From a virus: a stretch of 64,000 nt of DNA. Each line of letters starts with the position of its first letter. Within the stretch, counting starts at the first letter, position 1. The notes below the pieces were generated by a model, which saw nothing but the letters and a program-made list of their open reading frames with translations, was not told where the DNA came from and made no database searches. Positions 43,186 through 51,463 of the stretch are shown one piece after another. The position numbers were made by a program, and so were the translations under genes. The stretch covers positions 32,001 to 96,000 of the IMG/VR virus record IMGVR_UViG_3300032304_002285, one strand, 5' to 3'.

Positions 43186-43758
43186 ATGGCTAGTGTGACT
43201 TTGAAGAACATCAAGGGTGGGATTTCCATGAAGGATGCGGAGTTGGCTCTTTGTGGGGCTGGTGTTAGTAATTATCAGGCGGAACAGGCTGTTGCTAATT
43301 TGTCCAGGAATGTTCCCAATCATTTTGTGGTTGAGACCAATGATCCTTGGGGTGTTAATCTTTATAATTACTTTGATCTTGAGCTTAGTCAGGCTGTGAG
43401 TGTTCGTTTGCATCGGATGTTGTTTCCTGGGGAGAAGATTGCCACCATCAAGGAGCTTCGGGCTGCTACGAATATGGGCTTGAAGGATTCCAAGGACATT
43501 GTTGATGCGGTTCATGTTGGGGATTCTCGGATTGTCAATGTGATGAGTGTTGATCGTATTAATAAATTGAAGGACTGGTTTGATCTTAAGGAAGTTTCTC
43601 CGAATGGCTCTTCGGTTCAGGTTGGAAACAACAAAGAGGAAGCCATGAAGTATATGGCTGCTTTTGCCAAGGATCTTTTGGATGAGAAGAAGTGGGAGTC
43701 TGCTCAGAACATTTGCAATTTGCTGAGCATTTTGAAGACGGTTGAAGAATATCAATAA
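43186..43758 (+). CDS. L7/L12-CTD-like domain protein, paralog 3
   Basis: KIATIKELRAATNMGLKDSKDIVD; ATG 43186 after AAGGAG. Confidence 0.72.
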   Translation: MASVTLKNIKGGISMKDAELALCGAGVSNYQAEQAVANLSRNVPNHFVVETNDPWGVNLYNYFDLELSQAVSVRLHRMLFPGEKIATIKELRAATNMGLKDSKDIVDAVHVGDSRIVNVMSVDRINKLKDWFDLKEVSPNGSSVQVGNNKEEAMKYMAAFAKDLLDEKKWESAQNICNLLSILKTVEEYQ

Positions 43759-43772
43759 GGAGGATTGGGAGA

Positions 43773-43907
43773 ATGAAGAAGGGTGGGACTCCGAAATACA
43801 CAAAGCCTGATAAGAGTGGGCATAGCCGGATGAAAAAGAGTTCTGGGATTTTAGGAATGATTCGAGGGAAGTTACGGGAAGCCAAGAAGAGGGCAAAGAG
43901 ATTGTAA
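43773..43907 (+). CDS. 44-aa highly basic microprotein, not in ORF track
   Basis: MKKGGTPKYTKPDKSGH...REAKKRAKRL*; GGAGG upstream. Confidence 0.5.
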   Translation: MKKGGTPKYTKPDKSGHSRMKKSSGILGMIRGKLREAKKRAKRL

Positions 43908-43933
43908 GAGAGGTTTGTTGATTTAGTTGATTC

Positions 43934-43976
43934 AAGCCGGGAATCCTTAATTGGATATCCCGGCTTTCTTTTTTTT
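43934..43976 (+). terminator. intrinsic terminator
   Basis: AAGCCGGGA/TCCCGGCTT stem plus T tract. Confidence 0.7.
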
Positions 43977-44016
43977 AATATTTGAGGTTTTTATAAGAAA
44001 TGGTTTTGGAGATTTT

Positions 44017-45567
44017 ATGTTTAATAAGTCTATGGTTGCCAAAGAGCTATTGAAAATATCCAGCTTGATTTTAGGTGGTAGGGGCTGGAGTTGGAGCAAT
44101 TACGGGGCATGGGTTTTACCAGATGGTAAGGTATTGCCTGTTGCTGTTGAGTTTACTCATTATGATGTTGCGGCTGAATATTTTCAGAAAAAAGATCCTA
44201 AGCATTTCAATAACATTTATTCCTTGGATCAGTTTTTCAATGAGGGTTGGGTTAGGGTGGTTTTTAGGCAGTCGTTGAGTGTAGAGATTAAGAGCCGGGT
44301 TTATCCTGCTCAGAGAGAAGTTTTATTGAAAATGGTTGAGGATTATCCAAGGCGGAATTTTTACATAGATGACTATCCCTCTTCGATTGTGACTGAGGAT
44401 GCTGAGGAGGCTAGGGATAGGATAAGGGCTGCAAGTCTTAAGAAGGCTACCGAGATTAAGTGGAGTGATTATGGGGCATGGATTTTACCTGATGGTAAGG
44501 TTTTAAGAGTTGGGTATCAAGAGCACATGGAGACTGCTGAGGAGTATTTTAATAAACACAAGATTGAGATTGAGACCAATCCTTATGTTGAGGCTTTCAA
44601 GAGGGATTGGGTAAGGGTTGTCTTTAAGGAGATGGGGATAGAGATGGGGAGTAATCTTACTTCCAAGCAGAGATATGTATTGGAAGATATGGTTGATGAT
44701 AATCCTTATACGTCAAAAGTGTTTTTTGATAGGAATGGTACTACTAATATTAATTTCAGCACGGATGATAAAGAGTCGGCAATCAATAAGATTAGGGCTG
44801 CTGGTTTGGTTAATGCTGCTTCATTTCATTTTACAGATTATGGGGCATGGATATTGCCGACTGGGGGAGTGTTGAGGGTAGAGGATCATCAACAACATGG
44901 CGCTGTTGCCTCTAAATATTTAGCAGGTAAGGGCATTGAGGTTGATAGTTATAATAGTTACAGTGAGGCTTTCAAAGAGGGGTTGATTCGGATTCAATAT
45001 GGATCTGATTTGAATATTGAGATCAATAGTCGTATTACGCCAAGGCAAAGGAATACTCTTCTTGCCATGGTAGATTCTTTCCCGAAGAAAACGGTTATGA
45101 TAGACAAGGATATTTATACGACTCATTCTCAGACTTTTGCTTTAGAGAATAAGGAAGATGCGAAAGAGAGAATAAGGTCTGCTAGTATGAGGGTTGCTAA
45201 GGATTGGAGTTTTCGGGATTACGGGGCATGGGTATTGCCTAATGGAGATGTTTTACGGGTCAAGGGTTTTTTTGAGCATTCGGAGGTTGCTGGTAGTTAT
45301 ATGAAATTCAATGATATTGTTTTTAAGGGAAGTCCTTATGATAAGGCGTATAAGATGGGATGGGTTCGTGCTGTATTTCTTCCTGATTTAAATTTTGACA
45401 TTCAAAAGGGTTTAACTTCTCAACAGCGTTCGGTTCTCACTGACATGTTAGATGATTATCCTAAAGAGACTGTTATTATTTCTAGACCATCTAGAGAGAT
45501 ACAATTTGATGAGAAAGAAAAGGCTTTGAATTTACTTAGGGTTGCTTCTTTAAAAAAAGTTGGATAA
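44017..45567 (+). CDS. helical-motif-tagged protein with four tandem YGAW domains
   Basis: VAKELLKISSLILG; 4x YGAW(V/I)LPxGx(V/I)LxV..H..A...G(W/L)(V/I)R. Confidence 0.85.
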   Translation: MFNKSMVAKELLKISSLILGGRGWSWSNYGAWVLPDGKVLPVAVEFTHYDVAAEYFQKKDPKHFNNIYSLDQFFNEGWVRVVFRQSLSVEIKSRVYPAQREVLLKMVEDYPRRNFYIDDYPSSIVTEDAEEARDRIRAASLKKATEIKWSDYGAWILPDGKVLRVGYQEHMETAEEYFNKHKIEIETNPYVEAFKRDWVRVVFKEMGIEMGSNLTSKQRYVLEDMVDDNPYTSKVFFDRNGTTNINFSTDDKESAINKIRAAGLVNAASFHFTDYGAWILPTGGVLRVEDHQQHGAVASKYLAGKGIEVDSYNSYSEAFKEGLIRIQYGSDLNIEINSRITPRQRNTLLAMVDSFPKKTVMIDKDIYTTHSQTFALENKEDAKERIRSASMRVAKDWSFRDYGAWVLPNGDVLRVKGFFEHSEVAGSYMKFNDIVFKGSPYDKAYKMGWVRAVFLPDLNFDIQKGLTSQQRSVLTDMLDDYPKETVIISRPSREIQFDEKEKALNLLRVASLKKVG

Positions 45568-45611
45568 TTTTTTTAGTTATGTAAGTGAAAACCATTTAAG
45601 GAGTAAAAGAC

Positions 45612-45815
45612 ATGAGCTATCGTCCCAATGTAACGGATAAGAGTCAGAACGAGTTAGAGAGTGCTGCTTTTGAGGGTGGTATTCCTGTTCATGTTGATCA
45701 GAAGGTAGTTGTTGATGTTAAGGGCAAGGGTGGTGCTGAGAGGAAGATTGGTGGGGTTATTGTTTCTTGGAAGGACAATCCTGGTAAATTTATGGACAAC
45801 GTTGGGAAACCATAA
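45612..45815 (+). CDS. hypothetical protein
   Basis: AAGGAG RBS. Confidence 0.65.
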   Translation: MSYRPNVTDKSQNELESAAFEGGIPVHVDQKVVVDVKGKGGAERKIGGVIVSWKDNPGKFMDNVGKP

Positions 45816-46064
45816 ATGAAAACATTTCTTGTTGAATTGGTTCTTGGCTTATTGGGGAAGTTTATCGGTTGGCTTTCCAATAAGAAGAAGGAGGCGGATA
45901 AGAAGACGGTTGATTCTCAGGATCAATCTATTAAATCCGTTGGGGAATCAATTAAGAAGGAAGATGAAATTAGGAAGGAGCAGGAAAATGTTGACAAGAA
46001 TCCTTCCGATGTTCGGAAAGAGGATGGTTCTATTGATGTTAGCGGTTGGAATGCTGGGAAGTAG
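45816..46064 (+). CDS. N-terminally membrane-anchored protein (i-spanin-like)
   Basis: MKTFLVELVLGLLGKFIGWL then charged coiled coil. Confidence 0.5.
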   Translation: MKTFLVELVLGLLGKFIGWLSNKKKEADKKTVDSQDQSIKSVGESIKKEDEIRKEQENVDKNPSDVRKEDGSIDVSGWNAGK

Positions 46065-46305
46065 TGGTTGTGGCATATTTAGAGGTGCTGACTACTACAG
46101 TCCTCGTTATCCTGTAATTCCTCTTCCTGATCGTCCTCAGTTACAGAACGTTTCTGGTTCTGAAATGGGCAAGATGTCTGAGGATGCACAGAAGGCTGTG
46201 GCAGGGAACATGAATTCTTTGATGGATTATTCTCGTAAGCTGGAGATAGGGGCTCGTGAGTATAACGAATATGCGGAAGAACACAACAAGGTTTTTGAAA
46301 AGTAA
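46024..46305 (+). CDS. lipoprotein (o-spanin-like)
   Basis: MVLLMLAVGMLGSSG|C lipobox, Pro-rich segment, overlaps the upstream gene out of frame. Confidence 0.55.
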   Translation: MVLLMLAVGMLGSSGCGIFRGADYYSPRYPVIPLPDRPQLQNVSGSEMGKMSEDAQKAVAGNMNSLMDYSRKLEIGAREYNEYAEEHNKVFEK

Positions 46306-46315
46306 GGATGGTTTT

Positions 46316-46615
46316 ATGAATCAGGAAGCAATTGCTAATCGTATTGCAAGTAAGATGGTGAAGGCGGCTGATCCATCTGTTGCTGTTTATAATTACTTGA
46401 TGAAGAATTCGGATGAAGACGTAAAGGACATGAAGAAGTTAATTGAGGGTATTGAATCCGAGTTGAAAGAGATTAGGAAACAGCTTAAGGGATTGGATGC
46501 TCTTGGTTCGGGGGTGATGGAGTCACAGAGTTTTCTTCCTCGTTTGGTTGCGGTGATTAAGCCATTAAATACTTTGTCGGGAAATATTTTAAAGAATGCT
46601 GAGAAGTTTCAATAA
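46316..46615 (+). CDS. coiled-coil protein with variant N-terminal motif
   Basis: MNQEAIANRIASKMVKAA. Confidence 0.7.
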   Translation: MNQEAIANRIASKMVKAADPSVAVYNYLMKNSDEDVKDMKKLIEGIESELKEIRKQLKGLDALGSGVMESQSFLPRLVAVIKPLNTLSGNILKNAEKFQ

Positions 46616-46671
46616 GGTTTGTTTTTAGCCTAACTGCCCATACGGCTGGTAAGGACAGGACAAAGGTTGTC

Positions 46672-47175
46672 TTGGACCTTACTGAAGGTTATCGCTTGTT
46701 GAGACCTTCTAAGGGCGAAAGAAAGCGAAGGTGTGTTATGACAATGCAGGGAAGTACGGGGAAAAGCTGGTGGCAATACAGCGTATGGACAAAGAACATT
46801 GCTCGGAATTCTAGAATCACTGAGCCAAGTGCTTCTGTTAGTCCGGACATGTTGGCGTTCATCAAGTCTTTTGTCAAAGCCATGTACAATCCGGTTACTT
46901 CGACAGGGACTCGTCCATGGTTGAAGGAAAAGTTTCAACGTTTGTCTGTTAATAGTAATTATCAGGGAGACATTGATACAGAACCGACTCATGTGCTTAT
47001 CAAGATGCTTGAGGTTGTTGGTCGGGATTTCAAGAAGATTCCGATTACTGAGTTTGAGGCTGCTGGCGTTGATATCTTGATTGGGTTGGCAAGCCATCGT
47101 GAGGCTGGAACTGGTCCGTATTATGGTGGTGTAATTAGTTCGGCTGTTGTAGTTCCTCCTTCTGAGCCAACCTGA
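46672..47175 (+). CDS. hypothetical protein, start uncertain
   Basis: frame open from 46603 with no early ATG; TTG at 46672. Confidence 0.6.
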   Translation: MDLTEGYRLLRPSKGERKRRCVMTMQGSTGKSWWQYSVWTKNIARNSRITEPSASVSPDMLAFIKSFVKAMYNPVTSTGTRPWLKEKFQRLSVNSNYQGDIDTEPTHVLIKMLEVVGRDFKKIPITEFEAAGVDILIGLASHREAGTGPYYGGVISSAVVVPPSEPT

Positions 47176-47190
47176 GAGGGTTAAAACAAA

Positions 47191-47230
47191 AAGCCAAGTT
47201 AGATGTAAAAATTTAACTTGGCTTTTTTTT
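47191..47230 (+). terminator. intrinsic terminator
   Basis: AAGCCAAGTTA/TAACTTGGCTT stem plus T run. Confidence 0.75.
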
Positions 47231-47336
47231 ACGATTTTTGGAAAGATTTTGTAAGTAAGTTAATGAAGATTGTTAAAAAGTTGCTTTTTTATAAAGATTA
47301 GGGATATTAGAACAGATTACGGAAAAGGGGTTGTTT

Positions 47337-48572
47337 ATGAACAGTACTAGGAAAAGAGTTGCGGCTGAACTTCTTAAGATGGCTCGTGAGTTAACTTCTT
47401 TTGAGTTTGATACAGAAGATGCTCTTAAGAAATATTTGCATGATCATCCTGGTGCAGACAGAAGCCACCATTCTGTAAAGACCAAAGAGAATAAGCCGAC
47501 TACTACTGAAAACCCTTCTACTCAAAAACAGGAAAAGCCAGAACAGGTTCCTTCTCCCAAGAAGGAGGCTCCGGTTGAGGAGAAAAAGGATACTGTGGTT
47601 GAGACAGAGGATATTCTTCCGAAGGGTGGTTTTTTGAAGGAAGAGGAATCTTCTTTGCCGAAGAAGACAAAGCAGGAAGTGAGTGATCCTGATCAACTCT
47701 TCAAGCAGGCTGAAGAGACTAGAGAGCTTATGTTTGATTGGCTTGATAGGGGTAAGGGAATTGACAAGGCGATTGGAGCCAGGACTTATGATTCTAGTCC
47801 TGATAATGAAGAATTGGACAAGCCGGGTCCAGTTGTTTTGATTGTTCACAATAAGGAGAGAGAGAAGTCAGAGAAGAAGGTAAAGAAGAATTATAAGGGA
47901 GATTGGTCTGAGTTGTTGGATGTTGTTAGAGCATCTGTTGCTGTTGATGGTATTGATGATGTTCCTGGGGTAATGGATGCCTTGAGGAAGTCGGGGATGA
48001 AATTAGCCAAGAAGCCTAAGGATAGGTTTTCTGAGCCAACTGATGTTGGGTATAGGGATATTCTTTTAAGTGTGAAATATCCCAATGGGCATGTTGGTGA
48101 ATTGCAGGTTCATGTAAAGCCTGTTCTTAAGGCTAAGAGTATTGGTCATAAATATTATGAAAACATTAGACCATTTGAGGAGAAGGCAGAAGCAGAGGGT
48201 AGAACCGTGATGACTCCTGAGGAGCAAAAGGAGATAGATCATTGGAATGGGTTAATGAAAGATGTCTATGGAAAGGCTTGGGATGAGGTTATAAAGAAGA
48301 AGAAGGCGGGTGGGGCTAAGGTTGAAAACAAAGAGCCGGGGAAAGTAGAGGCATCAATGGTTGCTTCTCAGGTCTCATATTATGAATATGAGGATAAACC
48401 GGCAATGTGGGTTCAGGGTCATTTCCCTCAGTATTTGATGAAGGGAGAGATGGCTTATACTTATGATTTGTTTAAATTTTTCACTCTTGTAAAAACGATT
48501 AACAAGTCAAAGTTTGATGAGTTGATGGAAGAGCACAGACAAGAGCACATGTCTGATAAATCTAACAAGTAA
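47337..48572 (+). CDS. helical-motif-tagged RelA/SpoT-type synthetase (nucleotidyltransferase) domain protein
   Basis: VAAELLKMARELTS; KVKKNY..LLDVVRASV...KDRF..GYRDILL...VGELQVH. Confidence 0.7.
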   Translation: MNSTRKRVAAELLKMARELTSFEFDTEDALKKYLHDHPGADRSHHSVKTKENKPTTTENPSTQKQEKPEQVPSPKKEAPVEEKKDTVVETEDILPKGGFLKEEESSLPKKTKQEVSDPDQLFKQAEETRELMFDWLDRGKGIDKAIGARTYDSSPDNEELDKPGPVVLIVHNKEREKSEKKVKKNYKGDWSELLDVVRASVAVDGIDDVPGVMDALRKSGMKLAKKPKDRFSEPTDVGYRDILLSVKYPNGHVGELQVHVKPVLKAKSIGHKYYENIRPFEEKAEAEGRTVMTPEEQKEIDHWNGLMKDVYGKAWDEVIKKKKAGGAKVENKEPGKVEASMVASQVSYYEYEDKPAMWVQGHFPQYLMKGEMAYTYDLFKFFTLVKTINKSKFDELMEEHRQEHMSDKSNK

Positions 48573-48639
48573 GGTGTTATTTGTTAGTTGTCTCAAATGT
48601 CATGATGGCATTTGAAAATATGAAACAAAATATGGAGAG

Positions 48640-49635
48640 GTGACTATGGAAAAGTATGTTGTTGCTGCTAAACAGTGGGCTCTTGGCTTTTTGAAGGAGA
48701 CACTGTACCAAGGGAATGTGATTACTGTAGACAGGGAAGCCAATCAGATTGTAGTAGACGGGAGGGCATTAAAGGATATTCGGGATATTGATATTGCCAA
48801 GAGACAGGCTGAAAAATTCCCTCACAATCCTTTAATCGTTCCATTTACTGAAGAGAACCTTAGGAAATACAAAGAGGCTGGGGCTGTTGCTCCTATGTCT
48901 CTGAAGAAGAATAAGGTAGGTAAAGAGTTGGAAGTTGTAAGGGCTGATGAAGATCTTCACGATACCATTGATATTTCCAGCACTCAGATTTCCAAGAGGA
49001 AGCGGGAAGCGGAAGATGCTTCTAAGGTTCGAGGAAAGAATGAGAAGTTGCCTGTAATTACTGGTGATGAAAGTTCTCAGGAACGTCTTGAGAGATTGAG
49101 AGAGATTAAGGCTTCCGAGAAAATTCCTATTATCAGGGATGATAGTCTTGGCGTTGAGGGTGGGAGCAAGTCTGTTGCTTTAAATGCTGGACAGAAGCTT
49201 CCTTCTCGTCAAGAGGTTGAGTCTCGTGAAAGTATTGCTCGTCAGCAGGCAGACATCAGGAAGAAGGCGGCTGAGGCTAAGCGTGGGGATGTTATTGCTG
49301 ATGCAGAAAGCCCTTCTGAGATTCAGACTCTTTTGAATGATGCGGATAAGAAGCCTGTTATTCCTGTTGTTAATCCTCGGGTTAAAGTGGCTGATGTAAA
49401 GCCACCTCTTGAATTAAGGATTGATGGTTTAGAGAAACGGATTGATGGGTTGAATGATACTTTGTCTAAGTTAAATGGTTTTGTTACCAAGCTGATGGAT
49501 GAGTTTAACAAAGCCAAAGACTTAGGAGCAAAGATTGACAGTCTTTTTGAGAAGCCTTCTGTAAAGAAAATGGCTAAGAAAAAGAATAAAGAGGAAGTTG
49601 TAGTCAAGAAGGCGAGGAAGGTTCGCAAGGTTTAA
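48640..49635 (+). CDS. hypothetical protein with coiled coil and Lys-rich tail
   Basis: GTG start after GGAGAG; 331 aa. Confidence 0.7.
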   Translation: MTMEKYVVAAKQWALGFLKETLYQGNVITVDREANQIVVDGRALKDIRDIDIAKRQAEKFPHNPLIVPFTEENLRKYKEAGAVAPMSLKKNKVGKELEVVRADEDLHDTIDISSTQISKRKREAEDASKVRGKNEKLPVITGDESSQERLERLREIKASEKIPIIRDDSLGVEGGSKSVALNAGQKLPSRQEVESRESIARQQADIRKKAAEAKRGDVIADAESPSEIQTLLNDADKKPVIPVVNPRVKVADVKPPLELRIDGLEKRIDGLNDTLSKLNGFVTKLMDEFNKAKDLGAKIDSLFEKPSVKKMAKKKNKEEVVVKKARKVRKV

Positions 49636-49673
49636 TGGTTATAGAAGATTAAACAATTGGGGGAAATTTAATT

Positions 49674-49970
49674 ATGCTTTATGGGTATAGGTGTCCAAAA
49701 TGTTCATTTTCTTTTGATTTAGTTTTCTCTATTGGGAAAGCTACTTCTACAGGGAAGTGTCCGGAATGTGGTTCTGATGCGAAGAGGGAGTTTTCTCCGT
49801 TGAGTTTTAAGATTACTGGTGGTTCTATTTCAGCAGCTTCTTCTGGCAAGTCTTTTGGGCAAGAAATGCTCAAGAAGAATCAGGATGCAGCGGAGAGGAT
49901 GAAGGGGAATAAGCCTCCGGTAAGACGGGTTGGAACTCAGTATCAAGATGGTAGAGTTGAAGCAGTCTGA
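49674..49970 (+). CDS. FmdB-like zinc-ribbon protein
   Basis: YGYRCPKC..F...CPECGS..KREFS. Confidence 0.7.
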   Translation: MLYGYRCPKCSFSFDLVFSIGKATSTGKCPECGSDAKREFSPLSFKITGGSISAASSGKSFGQEMLKKNQDAAERMKGNKPPVRRVGTQYQDGRVEAV

Positions 49971-49990
49971 ATCTGTTTCTGGAGTCTAAG

Positions 49991-50242
49991 ATGGATAAAA
50001 AAGAAATTTTGTATAGGACCAGCGATTTATATTTCGGTGCGTATCTATGCAGCTTAGATATTCCATTGATGACTTCGGAAAAAGAGCATGAGGGAGATTT
50101 CAGCAAGGTTGTCTTTGTTTTTAAAATCCCTCAGGAAGACTTAGCGAGGCTCAAGGCTTCTTATTTTGGCGGGAGTGGGACCATTCGAGCCAGGAAGTTT
50201 GTTGACAGTCTGAGAAGCCTTAAAAGCCTTTGTCATACTTAA
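49991..50242 (+). CDS. small hypothetical protein (DUF5659-like pattern)
   Basis: YRTSDLYFGAYL...VVFVF. Confidence 0.65.
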   Translation: MDKKEILYRTSDLYFGAYLCSLDIPLMTSEKEHEGDFSKVVFVFKIPQEDLARLKASYFGGSGTIRARKFVDSLRSLKSLCHT

Positions 50243-50265
50243 CTTTTGTTTAAATAAACTTCTTC

Positions 50266-50292
50266 AAGCCCCGGATAAAACCGGGGCTTTTT
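50266..50292 (+). terminator. intrinsic terminator
   Basis: AAGCCCCGG/CCGGGGCTT stem plus T tract. Confidence 0.75.
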
Positions 50293-50340
50293 ATTTATTG
50301 ATAAAGTTTTGTTTTGTAAAAGAGGGTAAGGTTTAGAATT

Positions 50341-51135
50341 ATGGCATACTATCCTGGGACATATATCACTACGGGTGTAGCAGGTAGTTCAAACTACAAT
50401 GATCTTGTGGATAATTATTTAACCCCAAGATTGTTGACGTTTAGGCAAATTATTATTAATGATGAGCCTGCTGTTTTAAAGCCAGACAAGGTTACTTGGA
50501 AAACTACTTATGGGAATTGGAATCAGGGTTCTGACCTTTTTGTTAGGAAAAATGGAACTGTTATTAGTTCAGCAGGGGTTACAAATATTGATTATAGTCA
50601 TGGGTGTTTTCGGGCTAATCCGGTAGATGTTGGATTAGATGGAAAGTCTAGTGACACGGTTGAGGTTACATACGAGTGGGATTATTTCCCTGTTATTGTT
50701 TTAAAAAATTTTTTAATGCAATCGGTTCAGATTGTGAATACTAGTGCTTGGGGTTCTGCGACTTCTTATGAGATAGATACGATGCCTGGATACTGGAAGG
50801 GTGTTGTTACTGATTTGGCATTTGCATTAGCGATAGAAAGAATTTTACTTGATTATGATTTGTGGAAGTGGAGATTAGTTTACGCCATTGGTCCTGGGGA
50901 CGTAGAATCAAGCGGTGGTGATATTGTGGGTCAATTACAGACTCTTAAGCAGAATGCTGAAGAGAGGGCTTATCGTACTCTTGAGAATGAGAAGTTTAAG
51001 ATGGGGAATAGAGTATCTGTTCCTACTGTTCATTATTACGATTCTGTTCGTGGTATGGGTACAAGTGCTGGAAGGCATGGTATTCCTTTTGTAGGTGGAA
51101 GATTACGGGGATGGACTCCCAATCGCATAATGTAG
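50341..51135 (+). CDS. putative virion neck/head-completion protein
   Basis: position at the start of the structural block; VEVTYEW beta domain plus helical connector-like C-terminus. Confidence 0.5.
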   Translation: MAYYPGTYITTGVAGSSNYNDLVDNYLTPRLLTFRQIIINDEPAVLKPDKVTWKTTYGNWNQGSDLFVRKNGTVISSAGVTNIDYSHGCFRANPVDVGLDGKSSDTVEVTYEWDYFPVIVLKNFLMQSVQIVNTSAWGSATSYEIDTMPGYWKGVVTDLAFALAIERILLDYDLWKWRLVYAIGPGDVESSGGDIVGQLQTLKQNAEERAYRTLENEKFKMGNRVSVPTVHYYDSVRGMGTSAGRHGIPFVGGRLRGWTPNRIM

Positions 51136-51148
51136 GGAATTTTATTTT

Positions 51149-51451
51149 ATGTCAAAAGATTCGGATATTTTTGGTGAGATAAAAGAAATTAGGAAGATGA
51201 TTTCTGGTGCTAGTTCTTTGTTGGCTATTAGGCAGGAAGTCTCAAAGGTTATGAAGTCGGGATTTTTGGTGATGGATGGAAGGCATCATGTTGCGGGGAA
51301 TGGGTATGACGTTGTTGTTAAGTGTGGGAGTGAGGAGGAGTCAGTAGCTAGACGATTGAGGGCATCAATTCCTGATGCTAAAATTGAGAGAATTACATCT
51401 GGGGTTTTGGGGATTAAGACTGCAAGAAGAATGAAAAACTTCAAGATATAG
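51149..51451 (+). CDS. hypothetical protein
   Basis: 100-aa ORF. Confidence 0.65.
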   Translation: MSKDSDIFGEIKEIRKMISGASSLLAIRQEVSKVMKSGFLVMDGRHHVAGNGYDVVVKCGSEEESVARRLRASIPDAKIERITSGVLGIKTARRMKNFKI

Positions 51452-51463
51452 GTTGGAGGCTTT

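Noticed and set aside
46603-46672. Frameshift fusion of 46316-46615 into 46672-47175
   Set aside because: The downstream frame is open from 46603, but there is no convincing slippery site or stimulatory structure; an uncertain start is the simpler explanation.
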